Positions 9,824 to 18,497 of a DNA stretch of 64,000 nucleotides are shown piece after piece. How positions within the stretch are numbered: the first letter of the stretch is position 1; each line of letters begins with the position of its first letter. The translations under genes were made by a program, and so were the position numbers. Origin of the DNA: Candidatus Latescibacterota bacterium. Its GTDB lineage: Bacteria; Latescibacterota; UBA2968; UBA8231. The stretch is from the NCBI GenBank assembly GCA_965223905.1, contig CBDCXV010000010.1:800001-864000 (forward strand). The letters are read 5' to 3'. The notes under the pieces were generated by a model, which worked only from the letters and a program-made list of their open reading frames with translations, searched no databases and was not told the DNA's origin.

Positions 9824-10870
9824 GTGCCAGCCGATCCGTTCCTTCCCCACATCCGCAGCATGGAGGGGTACGTCCCCGGCGAGCAGCCCGGAGACGGGGA
9901 GTTCCTCAAGCTCAACACGAACGAAAACCCCTATCCGCCGTCAGACCGGGTAATCGCCGCGCTGCGGGCCGCCTGCGACGGCAACCTGAAGCGCTATCCC
10001 GACCCGGACGCCGTCGCCGTGCTCGCCAAGCTGTCGGAGAGGTTCGGTCTGCCCGCCGAACAGATCGCCATGGGGAACGGCTCCGACGAGCTGCTCAACG
10101 CCGCCCTGCGCTGCTTCGCCGGCCCGGGGCAGCCGGTGGCCATCCCCTTCCCGACCTACCCCTACTACCAGAAGCTGATCGACCTGCAGAACGCCGACGC
10201 GATCCGCTGCGACCTCGACGACGACTTCGGGATCCCCGCCGGCTTTCCCCCCGCCGACGCCCGCCTGACCCTGCTGGCCAACCCCAACTCTCCCACGGGG
10301 ACCGCGGTCGCCCCCGGCGCGGTCGAGGAGATGGCGAGCCGCACCCGGGGCGTGCTCCTGGTCGACGAGGCGTACGTCGATTTCTCCGACGGCGGCTGCA
10401 TCGACCTGGTGGAGCGCTACCCCAACCTGCTGGTGACGCGCACGATGTCGAAGTCGTTCTCGCTGGCCGCCCTGCGCATCGGGTTCTGCTTCGGCCCGCC
10501 CGACCTTATCGCCGGGATGCGCAAGGTGCTCGACCACTACAACATGAACGCCCTGTCGCAGGCCGCGGCGGCCGCGGCTCTCGACGGCATCGAGGAGATG
10601 CGGGCCAACGCCGCCCGCATCAGGAGGACGCGGCAGCGGCTGACCGAAGCGCTGCGCGGTCTCGGCTTCCGGGTATGGGACTCGGAGGCGAACTTCGTGC
10701 TCGCGCGCATCGAGTCCCCCCCGGCCGAGGAGCTGTACCTGGGGCTCAAGGAGCGCCGCATCCTGGTGCGCTGGTTCAGCGAGCCGCGCCTGCGCGACTG
10801 CCTGAGGATATCGGTCGGCACCGACGCGGAAAACGAACGGCTGCTGCGCGAACTGGCGGAGCAGCTGTAG
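9824..10870 (+). CDS. hisC: Histidinol-phosphate aminotransferase
   Basis: YVPGEQP, KLNTNENPYPP, GNGSDE, NPNSPTG, VDEAYVDF, RTMSKSFSLAALRIG (PLP lysine). Confidence 0.95.
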   Translation: MPADPFLPHIRSMEGYVPGEQPGDGEFLKLNTNENPYPPSDRVIAALRAACDGNLKRYPDPDAVAVLAKLSERFGLPAEQIAMGNGSDELLNAALRCFAGPGQPVAIPFPTYPYYQKLIDLQNADAIRCDLDDDFGIPAGFPPADARLTLLANPNSPTGTAVAPGAVEEMASRTRGVLLVDEAYVDFSDGGCIDLVERYPNLLVTRTMSKSFSLAALRIGFCFGPPDLIAGMRKVLDHYNMNALSQAAAAAALDGIEEMRANAARIRRTRQRLTEALRGLGFRVWDSEANFVLARIESPPAEELYLGLKERRILVRWFSEPRLRDCLRISVGTDAENERLLRELAEQL

Positions 10871-10950
10871 TCGGGCAGGGCTGTGGCCCCTCGCTTCGGC
10901 CACATGTGGCCGGTCGCTTTTCCTGATGGCGCAAAAAAAATTGGAGACAG

Positions 10951-11853
10951 GTGACGGATCGGCTAGGTAGACTGGTAGACTCGGACGGGTTCCAGCACGG
11001 GGTCCTCGCGGTAATCGTGGGCGCCGCCCTGCTGGTCGGGCTGGAAACCTCGCGGGACCTCGTCGAGGCCCACGGAGACCTGCTGCACCGGCTCAACTCG
11101 CTGGTCCTGTGGATCTTCGTCGTCGAGGCAGCCCTCAAGATCGCCCGCCACGGGAGTCGCTGGTACCGCTACTTCACCGATCCCTGGAACGTCTTCGACT
11201 TCCTGATCGTCGTCGTCTGCTTCCTGCCGGTCGGGGGCCCGTACGCCGCGGTGCTGAGGCTGGCGCGGGTGCTGCGGGCCCTGCGGCTGGTGACCGCGGT
11301 GCCGAAGTTGCAGCTGCTGGTCGGCTCGCTGCTCAAGTCGATCCCCTCCCTGGGCTACGTTGGTCTGCTGCTTGCGGTGCTGTTCTACGTCTACGCGGTG
11401 ATGGGGATCTTCCTGTTCCGCGGCAACGACCCCGTCCACTTCCAGGACCTGTCGACGGCCCTGCTCAGCCTGTTCCGCGTGGTGACCCTCGAGGACTGGA
11501 CCGACGTGATGTACATCCAGATGTACGGCAGCGACGCCTATCCGAACTACGGCGACTTCGCCCAGGCCCACCTGCGCGAGGCCTCGCTCGGCCGGCCGCT
11601 TCTCGGTGCCGCCTTCTTCGTCTCCTTCGTGTTGGTGGGGACGATGATCATGCTCAACCTGTTCATCGGCGTGATCATCAACTCGATGTCGGAGGCCGAG
11701 GCGGAAAAGGAGGCGGAGGAACGGCGCCGGCACCTCGAGCGCGACGGCGAGATCAGCGTCGGCGACGAGATCGGCCTGATCGAAGAAGAGATGGAGAAGC
11801 TGTCGCGGCGACTGGGAGAGCTGCGAAGGCGGGCAGGCGGCGACCGCGGGTGA
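10951..11853 (+). CDS. Bacterial voltage-gated cation channel (BacNav-like, 6TM)
   Basis: WNVFDFLIV, S4 LRLARVLRALRL, pore filter TLEDWTD, S6 MLNLFIGVII, C-terminal coiled coil. Confidence 0.92.
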   Translation: MTDRLGRLVDSDGFQHGVLAVIVGAALLVGLETSRDLVEAHGDLLHRLNSLVLWIFVVEAALKIARHGSRWYRYFTDPWNVFDFLIVVVCFLPVGGPYAAVLRLARVLRALRLVTAVPKLQLLVGSLLKSIPSLGYVGLLLAVLFYVYAVMGIFLFRGNDPVHFQDLSTALLSLFRVVTLEDWTDVMYIQMYGSDAYPNYGDFAQAHLREASLGRPLLGAAFFVSFVLVGTMIMLNLFIGVIINSMSEAEAEKEAEERRRHLERDGEISVGDEIGLIEEEMEKLSRRLGELRRRAGGDRG

Positions 11854-11855
11854 GG

Positions 11856-12038
11856 TCAGATGTAGTAGATCGGGACCTGCGGGTCCTCCGCCGGCAGCTC
11901 CGGGGCCTTGAATTGCCGGCGGTTGCGGAACCGCCGGGTGGCCGTGAAGCCCCAGGCGACCAGGGCTCCCCAGACAGCAGGGGCGACGACCGCGGCCGCC
12001 ACCAGAACCGCGTCCGGAACCCCTGCCAGGGCGCTCAC
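11856..12038 (-). CDS. 60-aa single-TM small protein, copy 1 (MSALAGVPDAV..PIYYI)
   Basis: GTG start at 12038; duplicated at 30986-31168 with mostly synonymous differences. Confidence 0.65.
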   Translation of the reverse strand: MSALAGVPDAVLVAAAVVAPAVWGALVAWGFTATRRFRNRRQFKAPELPAEDPQVPIYYI

Positions 12039-12054
12039 TCCGCATCCTCCCCGG
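11860..12054. repeat. 195-bp direct repeat, left island boundary
   Basis: Matches 30990-31184 with 6 mismatches (11979, 11983, 11984, 12006, 12015, 12021); first 119 bp identical. Confidence 0.95.
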
Positions 12055-12128
12055 GGGGCGAGCTGGCGGAACTGCTGGAGGCCGCGCACCACGAGACTGG
12101 CACAGGCAGGCATTGCCTCGAAACCATA

Positions 12129-14903
12129 CTACGACCGCTCGACCCGGACCCGGTCGCCCAGCTCGAGATCGTCGAGAATCTGCCGCAGCTCCGTCTCCAT
12201 GTTCTGGGCAAACTGCGAGCCGACGCTGACCGAAAAGTCTATACCTACACTGAGGTCGTCCCCGGACCGCAGCTTGGGCAGGAGTCTGCGTCCCAGGAGG
12301 TTCCAGACTTCCGAGGGCACGGTCCCGGCCAGCCTGAGCGACGTTTTCCGATTTTCCGGACCCGGCGCGGGACCAGTTTCCGGTTCAGGCTGTTCCTGAG
12401 GAGGTTCCGTTCCCGGGACTGAAGTCGGTTCCGCCTGTTGTGCCAGGTCCCCGGGTGACGTTTTGAGTTGCCTGGCTTTTTCCCTGGTCAGCAGAAAAAC
12501 ACTTGGTTCAAACGCCGCTTCTTCCGGGCCTACCTCCTCGGCGTACCACAGCCGTTCGAAACCGCCGTTCTCCTTGCTACCTGAAGCCAGACCGAAATCC
12601 CCCTTCGACACGAACTCGACGATCTGTCGCCGAAGGGTCGCGTCCGGGTCTACCAACCTCGTCAACGAGCTGTCGAGAAAGCTTTGTCGCAAGCTTGTGA
12701 GGGGCCAAGCCCCGGTCTCTTTGAAAGCCGGCGGCCAGTTTCGGTCGATATAACCGGCCCCCACATTCTCGTTGAGCAGGGCTTCGGCCTTCAAGGCGCT
12801 GATGATCCGCCCGCAGAGCGTCTCCCCGGCGCTGGCATGGCCGGCTCCCAGGTCGACGATCTTGAGCCCGTGTCTCTCCTGGGCATCCGCGAGGGCGACG
12901 AAGCGGTACCCGGCCCATACCTCTTCCCTGGCCGCTTCCTCCGCGTCACGGACCCGGGCATGGACCTCCGAGCGATCGGCGCGGTCGTATTCGGTGCCGA
13001 GGACTCCTTCGGCCACCTCCCGTTCAACCCGCTGCCAGGCGAGCCACAGCTCGACCTTCTCTCGGAGCTCCCGCCCGGGTTTTCTGGCGCACCAGACCAG
13101 CGAGCCCGGGTAGAGCCGTGGAGAGTTGCCCCGCTCCTTCGTCCAATCGCCAATCCGCTCGGCCACCTGGTCGCCATCCCTCCACTCCGCCTCGGGGTCG
13201 AGGACGATCACCGCAAGGCGTGGAGAATCCTGGACCGCGGCGCTGTCCTCCGGGAAGAAAGCCACGGGTATGGCTGCGCCGCGTTTGAACTCCCCTTCGA
13301 TGAGCTTGCGAATGCCGGGCTTGATCTCCGTCTCTTCATCGAGGGAGGCCCGCCGATCGCTGACGACCTTCTTCAACGTCGCCTGATGGTGGATGCGGTA
13401 GCCGTCTGTCCCGACCCTGCGAATGAAGAACCCCGATTTCTCCAGGGCTGCGGCGGCGTTGTCGATGGTGGTTGTATCGACCTCGGGCTCGCCGAGGGCA
13501 AAGCGCAGTTCCGGCAGATGAGCCTCCTTGTCCACCTGCCCCCCGGAGGACTCGAACAGAATGGTCGTGCCCACCCGGCGATGGATGTCGCGAAGAGCCC
13601 CGGTTGCGTCCGCATCCAGGGCCTTTGCGTGCGCCATCGGTCCTGCAAGATCGGCTTCTACGGCCACGTCGAGCCGCGTCTCCCCCAGTTGTCCAAGGAC
13701 CACCGCACGGAATTCAGCCACGTCCAGGGGAGCCGATCCCAGGGTGATCAGCGGCTCGGTTCGCGCCTTTCCGAATTGCTCGCGGGCGGCCCATGAGATC
13801 CATTGCGCCAGCATGGCCAGCGCTCCACGGGTCTGCTGAAACTGGGGAAGGGCGCGCCACTTGCGCTGGAACACCGACAGGGTCGCCGGATGCAAGGGAT
13901 AGCTGGCCTCGAACCGGCCCCTGAGGAATTCCCTTGCCTTGGCCTCCGTCGCCGCGGTGTCGACGGCAAGCCATTCGGCCGGGAGTTGTGGCGTACGCTC
14001 AAAGCACCAGTCCGCGTAGGCCTTGCCGACCTTCCTGCGAACGCGCGGGTTGCCGAGATCCTCGAAGAGCCGGCGGCGGACCACCTCGCTGATCTCGGAC
14101 TCGTCATTGGCGATCAGGTCGCGGGCGACGCGTCGGACCACCTTGGTAATCCGTTCCTGCCACTGCTGGTCCCAGTCGGTCATTTCGACCTGACTGCGAG
14201 GAAGGCTGATGACCGCGGCGGCCCGGGTGGTACCGGTGACGGCGACGGTCAGGTTCTGCAGAAAAGCGTGGAAGCTCTCGGCCATGCCTCGGTGGCGGTT
14301 GACGAAGTTGAGCACCTCGTCGAACAGCAGCAGCACCGGGGCCTGCGCAGCAGCGCACACCTTGACCAGAGCCTCGGTCCCCGGCGGTGTGGTCTCCGCC
14401 GCCGATCCCAGAGCGGCGACCCCCTCATCTCCTGCCAGCTGCCGCGCCAGATCGATCCAGGGCGTTTCGCGGCCCTCGGACGGGTCCCAGGCATTGCCGA
14501 CGAATACCCCGACCCTGGCGGCAGGAGCTTCCGCCATCCCGGCCTCCTTCAGGAGATCGGCCACCCCGGAGTACCTGGAAGCGTCTGCGCCGGCCTGTGC
14601 AAGGTGGTAGAGCGCGGTAAGGGTATGCGTCTTGCCGCCGCCGAACTGGGTGATCAGCGTCAGGACCGGTGCCGTGTTCCCGGTCTCCCCGGCGAGGCGC
14701 CGGAGAACCATGCCGGCGTGCTCCTTCAAAGCCCGGGTGAAACAGGTGCGCGAAAAGAACTGGGCCGGGTCGCTGTAGTCTTCCGGCGCGGTTCTGGAGA
14801 GCACCTGTTCGAGGGCGATGGCGAACTCGTCCGGGCTGAACGAGCGGCCCTCGCGCACTTCCTTGCGAAGGGTCACAACCTTGTACCAGGGATCGAGGGC
14901 CAT
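12129..14903 (-). CDS. DUF499 family AAA+ ATPase
   Basis: PWYKVVTLRKEVREG..EFAIAL start, Walker A QFGGGKTH, Walker B LLFDE, SYPLHP, FQQTRGAL. Confidence 0.9.
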   Translation of the reverse strand: MALDPWYKVVTLRKEVREGRSFSPDEFAIALEQVLSRTAPEDYSDPAQFFSRTCFTRALKEHAGMVLRRLAGETGNTAPVLTLITQFGGGKTHTLTALYHLAQAGADASRYSGVADLLKEAGMAEAPAARVGVFVGNAWDPSEGRETPWIDLARQLAGDEGVAALGSAAETTPPGTEALVKVCAAAQAPVLLLFDEVLNFVNRHRGMAESFHAFLQNLTVAVTGTTRAAAVISLPRSQVEMTDWDQQWQERITKVVRRVARDLIANDESEISEVVRRRLFEDLGNPRVRRKVGKAYADWCFERTPQLPAEWLAVDTAATEAKAREFLRGRFEASYPLHPATLSVFQRKWRALPQFQQTRGALAMLAQWISWAAREQFGKARTEPLITLGSAPLDVAEFRAVVLGQLGETRLDVAVEADLAGPMAHAKALDADATGALRDIHRRVGTTILFESSGGQVDKEAHLPELRFALGEPEVDTTTIDNAAAALEKSGFFIRRVGTDGYRIHHQATLKKVVSDRRASLDEETEIKPGIRKLIEGEFKRGAAIPVAFFPEDSAAVQDSPRLAVIVLDPEAEWRDGDQVAERIGDWTKERGNSPRLYPGSLVWCARKPGRELREKVELWLAWQRVEREVAEGVLGTEYDRADRSEVHARVRDAEEAAREEVWAGYRFVALADAQERHGLKIVDLGAGHASAGETLCGRIISALKAEALLNENVGAGYIDRNWPPAFKETGAWPLTSLRQSFLDSSLTRLVDPDATLRRQIVEFVSKGDFGLASGSKENGGFERLWYAEEVGPEEAAFEPSVFLLTREKARQLKTSPGDLAQQAEPTSVPGTEPPQEQPEPETGPAPGPENRKTSLRLAGTVPSEVWNLLGRRLLPKLRSGDDLSVGIDFSVSVGSQFAQNMETELRQILDDLELGDRVRVERS

Positions 14904-14940
14904 TCCGACTATCTCCTTGATCGTCCTCTGCGCGGTGGGT

Positions 14941-15561
14941 TCAATTCTGGTTCCCCAGGGATTCCAACCGAGTCATCCAGTCGCTGAAGCGGGGGCACTC
15001 AGCGCGAATCACCGGCAAGCCTGTCTCCTTTGCCAGAAGAGGGCCGTCAACGCGCTTGTTATACCTCGGGATGATTGCCTTGATACGCTTGCTCGGTGCG
15101 GTGTCAATGTTGTCGTTGATGTCCTCGGGAGTCGGAAAATTGGAGCGTATTGTCCGTAGCGCCTGTATGGACTCATGCGATACACCGATCAACTTTTCAA
15201 AGTTATTCACATCAGCAAACAGCAAGCCCTCGAATTCGTACTGTTGGACGTAGGGAATGACATGCAATTCATTCCAAGAACGGTTCACCTTTTTGTTAAC
15301 CGTTTTGCGTATGAGCTGCTCCAACTGTTCAGGAGTTGCAGTGTTCTTGTCACAAAAGCCGTAAAAGTCCACCAACGAAGTCACGCGGTCGAAGTTCCAA
15401 ATCAATTTCGCCAAGTCCGAGGCCAGCCGCTCTATCGTTACGTTGCCATTGAGTAAGATGGGTTGTGGCTCCACGCCTCTTGCCCGCAGATGGTCGGCAA
15501 GAAGGTTGTTGACAAATTCCTCTTCGGTTCGGCCCTCCACCGATATGGCCAGTCGGATCAC
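14941..15561 (-). CDS. DUF4276 family (TOPRIM-like) protein
   Basis: GTG 15561 overlaps the ATPase stop (GTGA); ISVEGRTEEEFV, LVDFYG, YEFEGLLFAD, PEDIND..TAPSKRI, IRAECPRFSDW. Confidence 0.85.
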   Translation of the reverse strand: MIRLAISVEGRTEEEFVNNLLADHLRARGVEPQPILLNGNVTIERLASDLAKLIWNFDRVTSLVDFYGFCDKNTATPEQLEQLIRKTVNKKVNRSWNELHVIPYVQQYEFEGLLFADVNNFEKLIGVSHESIQALRTIRSNFPTPEDINDNIDTAPSKRIKAIIPRYNKRVDGPLLAKETGLPVIRAECPRFSDWMTRLESLGNQN

Positions 15562-16688
15562 GGGCGTCCTCCGAGCAGATTCTTTTGCCAAAGTTCTCCA
15601 GGTTTGAAGTTGTCGTCGAGCCATGCTTGATAGTCCACCGGATTCAGTTTTCGGAATTCCGTACAACCCTCCAGCAGATCTAGCACGAATATTTCATCGA
15701 GGCCAAAGGCATCAACCAACAAGGGCGACTGAGTTGCTATAATTATCTGCCTTTCCTCGGCGAGGGCCTTTACCATGCCCCCAATCAAGGCGATGGCTGC
15801 CGGATGCAAGCCCAGTTCCGGTTCGTCTAACAAGATTACGTCGGGCAACATCTCCGAGGGCAAATTGAGCAGTGTCACCAAGGCGAAAAAGCGGAGGGAG
15901 CCATCGGACGTGAGGTGGGCGCCAATGGTCTTGTCCGTTCCCTTTGCCTTCCACCTTAGCAAAACTTTTTCGTATCTCTCCTCGATTTGAAAGCAGTCGA
16001 AGACTGGCAAGACTCGACCGATATGCTCGCAGATCAACTCAAACCGCTTGATGTCTTCCTGCTCCAACCGGTACAGCACGGCCGCTAGATTGCCGCCTTG
16101 AGCGCGCAGGTAGCCGTTATCGTCTGCTTCCCATCCCTTTTTTAAATCCGATGTATCCGAGGTGTCGTGGAATTGATAGGCGGCACAATTTCGGAGCAAA
16201 TTCACAATCACCTTGGCGGTTCTAGCATTGACATCCTGAGATACCCCGGATTGAGCTGCCTGAACAATCTCGGCTTCCTGATGCCCACTTCCCAGGTATT
16301 GCCACCGTGCTTTCGTCGGAAAATCGCTGCGGTTGAATCGAAAGCTTTCCTCGCTGAAGAAGAAGCGGTCTGGATGAGCGTGGGAAAGTATGAACCGATA
16401 GTCGTTACTGCCCTCATCGGTACGTAATGTGATTTCCGCCTCTATTCGTGGAGTACGTCGGTTGCCGCCGAACAACTGATCGTCGGCTCCTCCTTGCCTC
16501 TCGACGAACTCGGCAAGTCGCCGGGCCCCGACCATCCAGCTCAGCATCTCGAAGAAGCGAATGAAATTGGACTTGCCCGAGCCGTTGGCGCCAATCAGTA
16601 CCGCCGCCCTGGGGATTTCCAGAAGCTCGACATTCGCCAACGACCGGAAGCCCCGAATACGGATATGGTCTAAGACTGTTTTACTCAT
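15558..16688 (-). CDS. AAA_21/ABC-type ATPase (partner of DUF4276)
   Basis: GANGSGKSN, SDGSLRF, LLDEPELGLHP, ATQSP, C-terminal LWQKNLLGGRP. Confidence 0.9.
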   Translation of the reverse strand: MSKTVLDHIRIRGFRSLANVELLEIPRAAVLIGANGSGKSNFIRFFEMLSWMVGARRLAEFVERQGGADDQLFGGNRRTPRIEAEITLRTDEGSNDYRFILSHAHPDRFFFSEESFRFNRSDFPTKARWQYLGSGHQEAEIVQAAQSGVSQDVNARTAKVIVNLLRNCAAYQFHDTSDTSDLKKGWEADDNGYLRAQGGNLAAVLYRLEQEDIKRFELICEHIGRVLPVFDCFQIEERYEKVLLRWKAKGTDKTIGAHLTSDGSLRFFALVTLLNLPSEMLPDVILLDEPELGLHPAAIALIGGMVKALAEERQIIIATQSPLLVDAFGLDEIFVLDLLEGCTEFRKLNPVDYQAWLDDNFKPGELWQKNLLGGRP

Positions 16689-16731
16689 CGAAATGGTCTC
16701 CCATCTTTACTCATCGAAATGGTCTCCCATC
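16680..16731. repeat. Perfect 26-bp tandem duplication covering the RBS and start of the ATPase gene
   Basis: tttactcatcgaaatggtctcccatc x2 (16680-16705, 16706-16731). Confidence 0.9.
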
Positions 16732-16812
16732 GCGGTGACCGGCACATCAGGCCGGTGGGTATGCAACACAGCTCGTCCGGGCGGAAGGAGATTCCATGCC
16801 AAAGCCCCAGCG

Positions 16813-18495
16813 CTACGCCTCCTCCTCCGTTGGATTGAGCGACTCCGCGATGCGGTCGAGTTTTTCGAGAATCTCCGGGTGGATCTCCTCCGCCATCATC
16901 TCCGCGGCCAACAGGTACAGATCCTTCTTCGGTGTGCCCCTTTCGAGATCCTCCAGCAGCGGAACGAGAAACTCCGTGCTTGCCTTGACGCGTACGAGCG
17001 ATACGTGATCCCCGAAGAGATCGGTCCCCCGGGGCACCTGCGCCCAGAAAGCCTCCTCGATTTGAGATTCGCTCAAGGGAAAATCGACGAATCGCTTGAT
17101 CGCCTCCGGCTGCAGGAGGTAGTTCTCGATCTCGTATCGGCGCCAGCGCAGCACAGCGAGCCCAGCTCCGGTGGTCTCCTCATCCGGCTCGTCTCGATTG
17201 TCTCCATCGAGAAGGCAAAGGCCGCGCAACCCCGGAAATGCCGAACGCATGGCAAAAAAATGTGCCTTCGCTTCCTGCAGGCTCCTGCCGCCGAGCCAGT
17301 GGACAAAGGGACGATCAAAAAAATGTCGCGCAGGATGCTCGAGGATTCCGACCCACTCTTTCAGTATACGCTCGTCCGTCTCGCTCTCGACGTAGAGCAC
17401 CGACCCGGCCTCCCGAGCAAGCAGCAGATCAGTGGTAGTTACTCGCTTGAGCGCTTCGCGTAGCTGGTCGCGCTCGGTCTCGCTCACCAAGGCGCGGAGG
17501 ACTTCCCCGAAAAGGCCGATCACCCGCGCCGGCTCGGTCGCATCGAGAACGACCTCGGAGTGCGTCGCTGCAATCACCTGCCCCCCACGCTCCCGGCCGA
17601 CCTTTCGGACCAAGTCGTACACCTGCTTTTGCAGAATGACGTGTTGGTGCGCGTCCGGCTCGTCGAGGAGGATTACCGTGGCGGGCCTTGCGTACAGGAA
17701 GCCGAAAAGGAGGAGCACCTGGAGGGTCCCGCTCCCTGCATTGGAAAGGTCGAGCGGCCGGGAGCGGCCCGGTTCCCGGTACTCGCATACGATATACGGC
17801 TGGGCCGGCGAGTACGAAGGCTTGAGCAACTCTATCCGAAAGAGGTCCCGGATGTGCCGCGCCAGCGACTGCCAACCCTCTTCACTCTCGCTCTCGGCAA
17901 TCTCCAGCAGGAGATTGCGCAGAATCTCGCCGGGCCGTCCCTGGCCGACGAGCAGATCTTGCATCCCCCGGTCGCGTCGCGGCTCGTCGCGCTCGATTCC
18001 CGAAAGCGGTGGGACATGGACGATGTTCAGCTGCCGAGCTTCTTGGGGCGGGAAATTCCGCAAGGACTCGCGGTCCAGGCTCTTTGCGTCGAAGGGCCGC
18101 GCGTACGCCAGCTCGGGATTGGCATACTGAAGCTCGATTCCGCACGTCCAGGTCTCCTCGTCCGCTTGTCCTTCTACGACGATCTCGATCAGCCGCCGCG
18201 TCCCGGACATGCCGCGGGGACCTGTGACCTTCCGGTCCTCCCAAAGGAGATTCATCTCCCTTAGCGGGACCGCGGTGATGTCGGGGCGCGGGATGGCGAC
18301 ACCTGAACGCTCTACCGCCCTTCCGCCTTCGCGTTGGGCAACCCATCGATCGAGCACGAACTTCCAGAGTACAATCGCCTGGAGCAACGTGGATTTCCCG
18401 GCGTTGTTCGGCCCGGCGAGGACGACCGAGTCCGCCAACTCGAACGCCTGGTCGCGGAACCGCTTGAAGTTCCTGATTTCTACGCGTCTGATCAC
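16813..18495 (-). CDS. ABC-type ATPase fused to TOPRIM-like domain (OLD/PARIS-like architecture)
   Basis: GPNNAGKST, GSGTLQ, LLDEPDAHQH, ATHS; C-terminal YVESETD, LLDGD, RYEIENYLL. Confidence 0.85.
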   Translation of the reverse strand: MIRRVEIRNFKRFRDQAFELADSVVLAGPNNAGKSTLLQAIVLWKFVLDRWVAQREGGRAVERSGVAIPRPDITAVPLREMNLLWEDRKVTGPRGMSGTRRLIEIVVEGQADEETWTCGIELQYANPELAYARPFDAKSLDRESLRNFPPQEARQLNIVHVPPLSGIERDEPRRDRGMQDLLVGQGRPGEILRNLLLEIAESESEEGWQSLARHIRDLFRIELLKPSYSPAQPYIVCEYREPGRSRPLDLSNAGSGTLQVLLLFGFLYARPATVILLDEPDAHQHVILQKQVYDLVRKVGRERGGQVIAATHSEVVLDATEPARVIGLFGEVLRALVSETERDQLREALKRVTTTDLLLAREAGSVLYVESETDERILKEWVGILEHPARHFFDRPFVHWLGGRSLQEAKAHFFAMRSAFPGLRGLCLLDGDNRDEPDEETTGAGLAVLRWRRYEIENYLLQPEAIKRFVDFPLSESQIEEAFWAQVPRGTDLFGDHVSLVRVKASTEFLVPLLEDLERGTPKKDLYLLAAEMMAEEIHPEILEKLDRIAESLNPTEEEA

Positions 18496-18497
18496 GG

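Noticed and set aside
11860-12054. tRNA/tmRNA-type att site
   Set aside because: No cloverleaf or T-loop motif; the repeat is protein-coding
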